Origin: Paramoeba atlantica
Taxonomy: Eukaryota; Protista; Discosea
Direction of reading: 5' to 3'
NCBI GenBank assembly: GCA_977017575.1
Contig: CDRNVI010000009.1
Location: 434,001-498,000, forward strand
DNA length: 64,000 nucleotides
In this document: positions 10,019 to 20,368 of the stretch, one piece after another
Numbering within the stretch: position 1 is the stretch's first letter
How the letters are laid out: each line of letters begins with the position of its first letter
Position numbers and translations under genes: made by a program
The notes under the pieces: model-generated
Databases searched by the model: none
The model's input: only the letters and a program-made list of their open reading frames with translations
What the model was told of the DNA's origin: nothing

Positions 10019-11295
10019 ATAATAATATAATAATAATAATATACCACTTTCTGACTAAGTGGCTAAGTGTTCGACTATTATGACAAAGAAATGTTGATAT
10101 TATCTTTCGCTACTCCTAAATGCCGCTTACAACAGGAATGTAGACATGAGGCCTTATCACGGAACTTATGGCCGCATTCGGCCGTAGAATTTATAACTCT
10201 ACACGCTGTGGTTGAGGGATTCACTGGTTCACGCACGAGTTCGACTGCTGCCTCGTTCGCTAGTTTGTCCACGAGTTCATTCATAAAGTTTCCGCTATGA
10301 GCTCGAACTTTCACTACGAAAATCTTGTATTTCTTCAAAATCGAACGGGCCAAGCTGGAAATACGTTCAAGCAAATCTGCATTTTCCCAGTCTGCGTATT
10401 TACCCAACTGATACGGTACACGTACTTTGTGCCAAAAGTTCCAGACGTACTCCGAATCGACATGCACAACGAAGGATTCTTGCTTACCCTCCCCGATTTG
10501 CAGTGCAAGAAAAAATGCGTGAAGCTCTGATCTGATGGATGTGGCGTCCGCCTTTTGCAATGATTGTTTCTTCGAAAAGGCAACATACCCGTTCTGTGCC
10601 ACAGCTACCGCAGCTCCCGCGACTATTTGGTTGAATTTACGTTGTGATGACCCATCACAATACATGTGCAAGAGTCCATAATCGGGCCATAACGTCGATC
10701 CCTCTTCGAAAAACTGCAAAGTTTCCCACTTTTCCATCGCGCTCGCGTTTGAGAGTAAGATTTGTTCTATTTCTCGCTTTTTTATTGACACAGGTACGTA
10801 ACGTGCGGTAGGTTCAAGGTTCTCCCTTAAGCCTTCAACCAGCATACGCCATGCTGTACGATCTTGGGCCTGTTCCCATAAGTGTTCGATTTCAATGCCC
10901 AGGTCCTCCGCGCACGCTTCAGATAGTGATTTTACGCGTGAATTGGGGTCCTTGTTCCACATCATAACGTCATAAAACGGAGTGTCATGTCTTAGAAGGT
11001 GTCCTACAAGTTTGACTCTGCTTACTTTCACTACAGTCGAAAACATCAAGCCTCCTCGATAGAGAGCCTTCGTTGGGATTGATTTGTGTCCATCCCACAA
11101 AGGAGTTCCTGTAGCCAGCCTCCTCATTTTGTTGACTTCTATATCTGCTGATTTAAGCTCTGTTTTACTCGGCGTGAGAGTTGCGCACCAATATGAAAGG
11201 ACGGAGCTCACCATCGCATTGAAAATACGAAGACGAAGGATAACGTTTAGACCATTGTTCCATAGTGGTTTCAATCGGTGAAACGCCATCCATTT
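10019..11295 (-). mobile_element. 5'-truncated RTE-like non-LTR element with RNase H and (TAT)n-type tail
   Basis: RTE-type C-terminal RT region followed by RNase H. (att)n tail at about 10019-10041. Confidence 0.7.
10078..11289 (-). CDS. RT thumb (RTE-like) + RNase H + C-terminal Cys/His finger (403 aa, N-truncated)
   Basis: AFHRLKPLW..LRIFNAMVSSVLSY, LVGHLLR, AQDRTAWR; RNase H MYCDGS, RSELHA, HVDSEY, KVRAHSGNFMNELVDKLA; CGHKFRDKASCLHSCCKRH. Confidence 0.82.
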   Translation of the reverse strand: MAFHRLKPLWNNGLNVILRLRIFNAMVSSVLSYWCATLTPSKTELKSADIEVNKMRRLATGTPLWDGHKSIPTKALYRGGLMFSTVVKVSRVKLVGHLLRHDTPFYDVMMWNKDPNSRVKSLSEACAEDLGIEIEHLWEQAQDRTAWRMLVEGLRENLEPTARYVPVSIKKREIEQILLSNASAMEKWETLQFFEEGSTLWPDYGLLHMYCDGSSQRKFNQIVAGAAVAVAQNGYVAFSKKQSLQKADATSIRSELHAFFLALQIGEGKQESFVVHVDSEYVWNFWHKVRVPYQLGKYADWENADLLERISSLARSILKKYKIFVVKVRAHSGNFMNELVDKLANEAAVELVREPVNPSTTACRVINSTAECGHKFRDKASCLHSCCKRHLGVAKDNINISLS

Positions 11296-11334
11296 CGATG
11301 GATATACGTTTCGATGGATAAACGAGATTTCATC

Positions 11335-11800
11335 TCATTTCGACATGCGAATACCTACCGGAGCTTTAGGGGTAATTAGTTGCTCATCAATAGATTTTCG
11401 TGCGGTGTCAAAATAGTATCGCTGCTTCAGAGTAGAAGGAGTTAGCCCAAGGCCACCCAAGTGTTGCGGTAGTGACGCTAGTTGAATGGAAGTGTCATCT
11501 GCGAAGAACCAATATTTTACTGTGATCATTTCTGTGTCAAATCTTTGTGCCATATCCAGGGATTCTGCCGGTCGGTGAACTCGAAGGTGATAATCGTTTC
11601 GCGGGAGTGCACATCGTTGCAGCATGGCGAGGGAGATGTTGCTAGGACCCATTTTTCGTAGCCTGCGGAATAAACATTGATGTTTCTCAAGTTTTCGGAC
11701 GAGAAGAGCACTTATCTCTGCACGTTGCCCAATGTAGGCGCCGAGAATTTTGATAGTTTTGTCACACTTGGATACCCCTAAAGAACTGAGAGCCAATGAT
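11335..11800 (-). pseudogene. CRE-A thumb-region fragment
   Basis: IKILGAYIG, KLEKHQCLFRRL, YHLRVHRP, HLGGLGLTP. Confidence 0.8.
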
Positions 11801-12043
11801 CGTCACCAGGGCATTGTAAATTTTCTGGAAGACCCTTATGTGCAAAAAAAAAACAAAATGGGCCGGCAGCAACCCCCGTAGGTGAACCTTTAGCACAGCG
11901 CGAGCTTGATCTTTTTTGTGTGCATGTAAAGACTCTTATAGACCAAGGTGCAAGAGTTACTGTGAAGGCTGTTTGGGCTCCATCTACTTGGCCCGTCGCG
12001 CAAAGGCCGTACGCTCCGCAAAATACGGACACAATTATTGGAG

Positions 12044-12671
12044 GAATTGCTCATCATAAAATCTTTGTACAAAATATATAAAGAATTGTCCTAAGTAAAT
12101 AATATTCATCAAGTAAATAAAACTAAATAACTACATGTCTTTCAACTTTTCTATCCTGACTATAATGATAACAAAAAATATATGGACGTCCACAAAACAA
12201 TATTCAAACTTTCTCTCTCTTGCGAATGGGTAGTTCCCCGGCGGGGAGTGGTTTGGGGGATGGCGGGTGGGGCAACTTTCCTTTTGCGAGTGGAAAAAGA
12301 TTATAAGTCACTAGAGTAAAATAATGTATAGTATAGTATGCTAAAATTATAATTACATGGTTCCCCCCGGAGGGGGCAAAATCAGGTACATATATGTATA
12401 TGTGCCCCGTAGGGCCACGGTCAAAGAATAAATATTTTATTCAAGCAATTCTTTCCGTAAACTCTAAGAATTGCTCATCATAAAATCTTTGTACAAAATA
12501 TATAAAGAATTGTCCTAAGTAAATAATATTCATCAAGTAAATAAAACTAAATAACTACATGTCTTTCAACTTTTCTATCCTGACTATAATGATAACAAAA
12601 AATATATGGACGTCCACAAAACAATATTCAAACTTTCTCTCTCTTGCGAATGGGTAGTTCCCCGGCGGGGA
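12044..12671 (-). repeat. V2 right-end split direct repeats: B1 12671-12468, A2 12467-12272, 24-nt spacer, B2 12247-12044
   Basis: 12044-12247 = 12468-12671 (period 424). 12272-12467 matches A1 at 57442-57637. Confidence 0.9.
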
Positions 12672-12983
12672 CCACCCACTCGCCAGTCTTCAAATCACCC
12701 AAACGCTAGTGACGGCAAGAAGAAGAAACCCCAGATTGCCTACTATCTGAGAGCCCCCCCCTCGTCATCTCGTCTCCTCACTCACTCATTCCTCATACAC
12801 ATCAAAATCGCTCACGTGTCCGTTCTGCTTGGTTATTGATTGCATGAAGTTTACGTCTCCCTCGTCTTCGTTATTTTTTTTTTTTTTTTGATTTTCAACG
12901 CTCAATATCTTATTTTTATCTACTATACGTATCATATGCGCTTTCACAAATGGCGTAATTCAATCCTTCGAAAACAACATCTT

Positions 12984-15152
12984 TCAAAAATATCGACTGT
13001 AATGATCTGCTGGGTTCTCGGATGGTCGTACGTACTCTGCTTTAACCGCTAAGCCGTTCTTGTTCAGAAAATGCAGTAAACGACGAAGCTCCTCGGTAAT
13101 TCCATTTGATTTTGAAACCTTTCTATTAACAGCGGCCACACACGAAGTATTATCAATGAACAAGTCCACACACGTATCTTTCTTAAAGTGAATTTGAAAT
13201 TTCTCAAAGGCGAGTCGAACTGCCCGCGCTTCAGCTCTATTAACCTCGTAATTAAAATCCGCCGGCCACTGCGCCCCAGTGCAAAACATGGGTCCGTAAT
13301 CAAGATATAGGACCGCCCCCCATCCTACAGATGACGCATCCGTAAACAAAGTATGTTGATGGGGAACAGTATCTGGGTGGCGAGGCGGTGTAACAGGTGA
13401 ACGATAAAGCAATTTATCCCTCCACGCCATCAAACGTATCCTGACAGATGTCGGTAATGGGACCTTATCATCAAGTAAATTCGGTTCGCGATTCAATCGA
13501 CAAATTCGGCGCCTAACAATTTTCAACTCCAAATGGTACTCTGGCATACATATTCCCATGATGGCCGATGCAAAAATTAATCTCCCAACGCCTGCCTCCA
13601 AAGACCCATAGGTTCCCGCTAAGAAATCATCACTTTGCAATCGTCGCGTCAACTTAGGCCCTAGACTAACCTTTCCATCTCGGTGAAAAAAGGTAACCCC
13701 ATTAAAGGTATAAACATCCATTGGCGGGTCGCCATGATCCTTAAATTTAGCATTGACATTAATAGCACGACGATCAATGAAGCGCGCGTACTCATTCACC
13801 TTAGACACCTCGCCCGCAAAACGAATACCGTCAATGTAAACATCCAGACCCCCTCCAGGAAAAGACGCATCTCGATTACAATATCGGGGGTCACCCCCAA
13901 TGGTGGCCGTAAGGGTGTGCATTATCTCGGGGGCACAACGATGCCCCATGGGCATAACATTCATTTCGTATAATGTGCCCTCCTCGTCACGGAAGCGAAA
14001 TTTTTGTCGTGATTCCACCGGTATCTTCACCTGCCAAAACCCGCACGCTAAATCCCGCTTAATAGCACATTGGTCTCGAACCCGATGAAGGTAATATGCA
14101 GCATGGCAAACGGGAACCTCAGGCTTGTACTCTTCGCGAATTCTATTGTTATCGCCTCGGGTCCAGGCTATAAAGCGACGTCGCTCCGAATCGTCGTCAG
14201 CTGGCTCCACCACCGTGAACGGAATCACCCACTCCATCGAAGGTCTGGCCTTTACTACCTCGGATCCAACCCGTGAAATAACCCCTGTCTCCAACAAAGC
14301 GGATATATCAGCTGGGGGTAAAAAGGATTTGAATCGCTGCTCTATCGTCGGTGTAGACGGTAGCCGAACAAGTGTATCCCATGTTTCTGCGAATCGGCGT
14401 TCTGCTTCGCTGTTCATCATTCGTCTGAGAGTATTAACCTGCATGTCGGGTATTCCGGATTTCACGTGCAACGGAAGATTATAATCGGATGGAAGAGCCA
14501 CTTTCGATGTTCGTCGAGTACGAGTAATCGTGTGTTTAACTTTCTCCTGAGGAATATCGTCTAAAAACTTGATAAAAAGATTGTCTTCCGTAATCAGATG
14601 GTCAACTTGCGCGTTGCTTTGTGCGTTCCCAGTGCCAGTGCAGTCGTCACTGGATCGGCATTGTACCGCAGAAGAGATTCCAGGCTCTGATGTTTTGCAA
14701 GATGCTGGACCTCCTCCAAATTTAGATTGCCGTTTGCCACCTCCGCGAGAAGAAGAGTGATCGCCCCGCGCTTTGCCGAATGTGACCCGAAACCCAATCC
14801 GAGAATTTTCCTTATCTCGACATCCACTTGTGAAGTTGTAGCCCATGACATCGGTTGGAGAGGCTTTAGTTGCGCTACATACCTTGCGAGCTCCTCCGTG
14901 CCCGGTCCCTCGATGACGGTATACATGGATGGGCGATATGGGTTTAGGCGGGACGTCTTCGTATGCCTTCCCCACCAAATTACAATTCTGTTGGACACGA
15001 CTTCGTAAAACCGTTCTCTGGTCAACGCTGCCGTTTCTGACCAACGGCTTGCCCCCTTCCAGCACAGCAGCAGCGTATGTTTTTCGCGGGATGCCATGTG
15101 GTTCCACAATTTCTGAATGTGCTGCTGCGTCAGGGGTTCCATTTGACGGCAT
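12984..15152 (-). CDS. pol: V2 reverse transcriptase + RNase H (frame open further upstream once the element is rejoined)
   Basis: KRDLACGFWQV, MPMGHRCAP, VYIDG; LFTDASSVGWG, NRAEARAV, FIDNTS, ENPADHYSR. Confidence 0.92.
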   Translation of the reverse strand: MPSNGTPDAAAHSEIVEPHGIPRKTYAAAVLEGGKPLVRNGSVDQRTVLRSRVQQNCNLVGKAYEDVPPKPISPIHVYRHRGTGHGGARKVCSATKASPTDVMGYNFTSGCRDKENSRIGFRVTFGKARGDHSSSRGGGKRQSKFGGGPASCKTSEPGISSAVQCRSSDDCTGTGNAQSNAQVDHLITEDNLFIKFLDDIPQEKVKHTITRTRRTSKVALPSDYNLPLHVKSGIPDMQVNTLRRMMNSEAERRFAETWDTLVRLPSTPTIEQRFKSFLPPADISALLETGVISRVGSEVVKARPSMEWVIPFTVVEPADDDSERRRFIAWTRGDNNRIREEYKPEVPVCHAAYYLHRVRDQCAIKRDLACGFWQVKIPVESRQKFRFRDEEGTLYEMNVMPMGHRCAPEIMHTLTATIGGDPRYCNRDASFPGGGLDVYIDGIRFAGEVSKVNEYARFIDRRAINVNAKFKDHGDPPMDVYTFNGVTFFHRDGKVSLGPKLTRRLQSDDFLAGTYGSLEAGVGRLIFASAIMGICMPEYHLELKIVRRRICRLNREPNLLDDKVPLPTSVRIRLMAWRDKLLYRSPVTPPRHPDTVPHQHTLFTDASSVGWGAVLYLDYGPMFCTGAQWPADFNYEVNRAEARAVRLAFEKFQIHFKKDTCVDLFIDNTSCVAAVNRKVSKSNGITEELRRLLHFLNKNGLAVKAEYVRPSENPADHYSRYF

Positions 15153-15300
15153 GGTTCCGTCGCTCCTTCCGCCATTAGAGATTTTACGTAGAATTTTAAC
15201 GGGCTCGTATTTTCCCCTGCAAGGTTTAATATCGAGGCGAGGGTTCGGGCGTAAGTTAGTTTCGCCTGTATTCTTATCTGCAAACTGGCAAGAAAAGTCA
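14594..15300 (-). CDS. V2 tyrosine recombinase, C-terminal part (disrupted)
   Basis: WKGASRW (R), TKT, GSHSAKRGA (HxxR), AKH..LLRY (H, Y). N-terminal part at 55890-56174. Confidence 0.88.
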
Positions 15301-15330
15301 TTGTTGATTTTTATTATTAAATTTTATTAA

Positions 15331-15520
15331 ATGGGCATGCTGACGCGTGCCAAGGCGAAGGATACGGGGGTAGCCCCTGTTATCCAGACGCTTCCCCCCA
15401 CACGCCGGAAGAAGAAACCCCCACAGGAGCCACCACCTCCGCGGACCCCGGCGCAACCTGCTGCACCGCCATCCGCCGCGCCGTCTGCTGCACCATCTTC
15501 CGCTGTGCCATCTGTTGCTC
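15331..15520 (+). pseudogene. Y ORF start (MGMLTRAKAK..., Pro/Ala-rich)
   Basis: Continues in frame at 18680 (VPSVA|QNPSPPGT) across TSD ttgctc. Confidence 0.8.
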
Positions 15521-18500
15521 TCCTTTCAGCTCCCGCCGCTCGTTTAGGCGTAGTGCAGAGCCAACCTCAACTCAGCCAGCACGCCCCTACGGAGGAAGAA
15601 GAAGTCACCGAGGAACTCTACCACAACGACATACGGGACAAATTAATGACAGACAAAACGCAAGCCCACATAATACGAGCAGCTAGCTCCAAAGGTAACT
15701 ATTCATGGCTCACCTCAAATTCTAGACTTGTACCTACGCGACTTTTCAAGTTAGCAGTTATGCCACGCATTGGGATTGCACATCCGAGCCTCCCCTCCAA
15801 TTTACAGTGTCCAGGGTGCCATGCATTACTTACCCCCCGTACAGCGCTCACGCACGTGTCCGGGTGCGTCAAATGTTCAGGCAATAACGCAACGGCAAAG
15901 CACAACAGGATGGTTCGGAATATTTATGAATTATGCATAAAATCAGGTCTGCCCTGTGAGCTGGAACCCAGACAGTTCTCCACCTATACTTGCGCAAAAT
16001 GTGGAGCAAGCGTGGATGGCGACGGCAAATCCCATCACCTAAGAACCTGCGGATCCGGATCTTTTTATCATTCGGGCCCAGATATCGTGATTCATTGGGC
16101 AAGCGGAGATGTATACTACGATTTCACCATCGTCCACGAGCTATCGCAATCAAATGTTGGACGTAGCACCGCTCAGCTTTTCCGTGATGCCATAAAACGC
16201 AAAGTCTCCAAATACGTGGCGTCTAAGCTTATTCCTAATGAGCAATTCCAATGTGTACCAATGCTCTCCGGCGGTGCAATGCACAGCAACACCAAAGCTC
16301 TTATCACAACCCTGGCTGATGCATGTGGACTCGAACGGGACTTCGTAGTACAGGATTTCACCCTTCGACTACAGGAACTTAACGGTTCAGTGGTGATGTC
16401 CCAACTCCGCAAATACATAGCCACAACTCAAGTGGACAATACGGCTTTTTAGGCACGTGCGAGTTTTTCGGTAGGCGTTGACTATTGATATAAGAGTTGA
16501 AGTTTAGACGACTGAAAGTCTATAAAAAAAAATTGATTTTATTTTGAATTGTAACATTCAAGGTCATAATATTCAGATCCCTGTTCCTAACAACGTTCCA
16601 TCCCGTGACGAAATAGCAAAAGCAGTCTTTGGTTTCGCCACAATGAAGCCCTTTCAAAGAGTGTTTGCGGCGCAATAGTTGTTCATTTATTCATATATGT
16701 TATCAGTGTATATGTTTCCAGGGAGCCCCTCGGCGTGGATTTCTAATAGTTCACGTTTTGAAATTTAGCCGAGGGGCGGCTATATATTTGCCTGCTGGCC
16801 CTTCGGGGCACATAATTTTCTCAAATTATGATGTAGTATTCTCTAATTGCATGGAGGGGGGTGTTTACTCGTTTGTTATATTCTTGTTAGGTTGTTATTT
16901 TGTTACGTTTAAAGTTTTGTGCCCACCCACCGAGCCCCCAGCCATTTGGCCGAGGGTTCCGGTGGGGGGGAACCCCGTTAACAGAGTGACATTGATTGTG
17001 TTGTTTTATGCAGGCTTGTTTCTTTTCCATCTTTGTGCGTGTGAAATGAATGAATGATATGTTGTGTCATTTTGAATTACGATTGAGCTATTCATAGTTG
17101 TTCATTTATTCATATATGTTATCAGTGTATATGTTTCCAGGGAGCCCCTCGGCGTGGATTTCGAGATAGTAATTGGCGCATTTACAATCAATAACCTTAC
17201 GCGACAATTCGACTCCAGGGTATCAGATACGCTACAGACGTGGTTTGGAGAACTCACAGCAGAACAACTTTCTTGGGCACGCCTTCCCCTCAAAAAAGGC
17301 GGGCTTGGACTTACTCCCTCAGAACCTCTTCGAGAGGCAGCCTACACTCGTTCGAAACTTGCAGCAACGGAGCGACCATCTCGCCTTTCAGCTCCCGCCG
17401 CTCGTTTAGGCGTAGTGCAGAGCCAACCTCAACTCAGCCAGCACGCCCCTACGGAGGAAGAAGAAGTCACCGAGGAACTCTACCACAACGACATACGGGA
17501 CAAATTAATGACAGACAAAACGCAAGCCCACATAATACGAGCAGCTAGCTCCAAAGGTAACTATTCATGGCTCACCTCAAATTCTAGACTTGTACCTACG
17601 CGACTTTTCAAGTTAGCAGTTATGCCACGCATTGGGATTGCACATCCGAGCCTCCCCTCCAATTTACAGTGTCCAGGGTGCCATGCTTTACTTACCCCCC
17701 GTACAGCGCTCACGCACGTGTCCGGGTGCGTCAAATGTTCAGGCAATAACGCAACGGCAAAGCACAACAGGATGGTTCGGAATATTTATGAATTATGCAT
17801 AAAATCAGGTCTGCCCTGTGAGCTGGAACCCAGACAGTTCTCCACCTATACCTGCGCAAAATGTGGAGCAAGCGTGGATGGCGACGGCAAATCCCATCAC
17901 CTAAGAACCTGCGGATCCGGATCTTTTTATCATTCGGGCCCAGATATCGTGATTCATTGGGCAAGCGGAGATGTATACTACGATTTCACCATCGTCCACG
18001 AGCTATCGCAATCAAATGTTGGACGTAGCACCGCTCAGCTTTTCCGTGATGCCATAAAACGCAAAGTCTCCAAATACGTGGCGTCTAAGCTTATTCCTAA
18101 TGAGCAATTCCAATGTGTACCAATGCTCTCCGGCGGTGCAATGCACAGCAACACCAAAGCGCTTATCACAACCCTGGCTGATGCATGTGGACTCGAACGG
18201 GACTTCGTAGTACAGGATTTCACCCTTCGACTACAGGAACTTAACGGTTCAGTGGTGATGTCCCAACTCCGCAAATACATAGCCACAACTCAAGTGGACA
18301 ATACGGCTTTTTAGGCACGTGCGAGTTTTTCGGTAGGCGTTGACTATTGATATAAGAGTTGAAGTTTAGACGACTGAAAGTCTATGAAAAGAAACTGAGA
18401 TGAATGTTCACAGACAGTGACACTAAACAAAATTTTATAAAGAACACACTTTTTATAAAGAACACACTTTTTATAAAGGACCAGAACACGTCACATGTAC

Positions 18501-18673
18501 GAAGTACACATGCAAAAAAAAAGATCTAAATCTTCTTCCGTGGAACACGGCGTAGATGAGTTGCTCGGATGCCGAAAACCTTGATTTTCGTCGACTGGGG
18601 AAGATAAAGATTCCCAGGGAGACGTAAACTTCATGCAATCAATAACCAAGCAGAACGGACAAAAAAAAAAAAA
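15521..18673 (+). mobile_element. Retrocopy Z of nest region 52940-55845 (Y 3' end, V1b repeats, X 3' end, Y 3' end) with a new tail and poly(A)
   Basis: Near-identical to 52940-55845. TSD ttgctc at 15515-15520 and 18674-18679; A13 at 18661-18673. Confidence 0.8.
16672..17162 (+). repeat. V1b terminal-repeat remnant (partial B1-A2-B2, period 419) inside Z
   Basis: Copy of 54090-54579. Intact B/A junction gtggatttc|taatag at 16743/16744. Confidence 0.88.
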
Positions 18674-20119
18674 TTGCTCAGAATCCTTCCCCTCCCGGTA
18701 CTGCTCCACCTATTGCGTCGCCTCCTTCCCCTCCCGGTACTGCGCCATCTACGGCATTTTCTCCTCCCGCTGCCCTTACACCTGCGCAACCACAATCTAC
18801 ACCGCAGACTCCTCCACAGCAGTCTCCGGGGCGATCTTACGTCCACCTCCAAAACATCTCGTCTCCGCCGACTTCCCCGCCAGCCTCAAGACCCAGCATG
18901 CACACCTTCTCCCGAAAAGCGCGAGCACGAGCCCTCAGAATGACAGCCGAGCCGTCATCCCCCTACGCTCTTCGATTTCCCCCATTAGCGACATCACTCC
19001 CACCATCACACTTTTCGCCAATGAGATCGCATCCGTCGCCATCACCACTGCCACTGCCCCCCCCTCTCCCTGCCAATCCGAAACACCAGAGTACAATCGC
19101 CCGATCACAGATGAAGAAATATTGCGTCCTCTTAACCCCTCCGCTGTCATCGTGGATGAAACTAACGGGCAACGACGCAGAAGACTGAAGGCAGAAGAAA
19201 CGGCTCGCCGAAAGGCAGAAGAAACGAAGAAGGCAGAGGACTGCGCTACTAGACCGCACGAGCAATTACACCACACCGTTTGCACCACACAAATCAATGC
19301 ACCAACGCCACTAGACGCACCCGAAGAATTTCTGAACGATGAACCTACTGCCCCAACGCCAGTGGACGTACCTCCTTCGGGAGCGCTTCTGTCACACGTT
19401 CCAGAATCCAGCCTCATCCGGATCAAAAAGAAGTGGAGCGACCTTATGAACATATGCAGCAAACGAATTCCATTGCAATCTGCAAGAAATCAGTCTGAGG
19501 AGTCAGCGATTCAAGTGTTTCAAGAATGCGAAACACCGCCACCATGCGATCGGAACGGACACCACCACGAACACTCCACAGGTACGGGTGCTAGGGTCGA
19601 CTACATGTTGCGTACTATCGATCCCAAAACGCAATTTCCAATCTCGTCGGAGGAATTACAAAAGATGGCACGTACGGCACGAGTTGGGGATGAATGCTTA
19701 GTGGCCTGGAACTTCGATTGTTCGTCGTCAGTAAACATATCCCGCGGAACCGTCAAAGAACGTCGCAAGCAGAAAAATACATGCAAGTTAACCATGGAGT
19801 ACCGCGGAATACACGGCTATAAGCCAGGTGAAAAGTTCGAAGGACACATTCCGCCGCACTCGAGCGTACGCGTATACAAGGTACACTGGGACAAAGAACC
19901 CGTGATTCCGAAGGATGCGACTACGGAATCTGCTCAAGAAAACTGTCGCCCGACTTTCCAACACACTGAGGATGACCTAGATCTGGAACCTATGCCCACA
20001 CTCCGAACGGTATCACCTGAATTCATACCGAGTGTGATTGCCATCTATCGTGATATTGTACGTGACTACGCGGAATGTCAATACCCCCAGCGCAATCGCA
20101 TATGGCACCGGACCTTGTC
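18674..20119 (+). pseudogene. Y ORF N-terminal region (Pro-rich, beta-rich domain, pre-RT), one frameshift near 18960
   Basis: MHTFSRKAR (cf. W MHAFSRKAR), CLVAWNFDC, HTEDDLDLEPMP. Ends RNRIWHRTL at the V1 left end. Confidence 0.85.
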
Positions 20120-20368
20120 TAATAGTCCACGTTTTGAAATTTAGCCGAGGGGCTGTTATGTATTTGCCTGCTGGCCCTTCGGGGCACATAGTTTCTTCGA
20201 ATTATGATTTGTATTCAGAATTTTACATGGGATGGGTATTTACTATTATCTTATATATCCTTGTTAGGTTGTTATTTTACTTTGCTTTAAGTTTTTGTGC
20301 CCACCCACCAAGCCCCCAGCCATTTGGCCGAGGGTTCCGGTGGGGGGGCTTTAAGTTTTTGTTTAAGA

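Larger units (their letters stand above)
12044..15300 (-). mobile_element. VIPER-like YR retrotransposon V2, 3' half (5' half at 55890-57637)
   Basis: YR C-terminal part, RT/RNase H and B1-A2-B2 repeats. Rejoins 55897 across TSD aaaagtca. Confidence 0.9.

Noticed and set aside
20170-20195. gcccttcggggcacata resembles the U6 snRNA 5' stem-loop
   Set aside because: No ACAGAGA box or AGC triad downstream.
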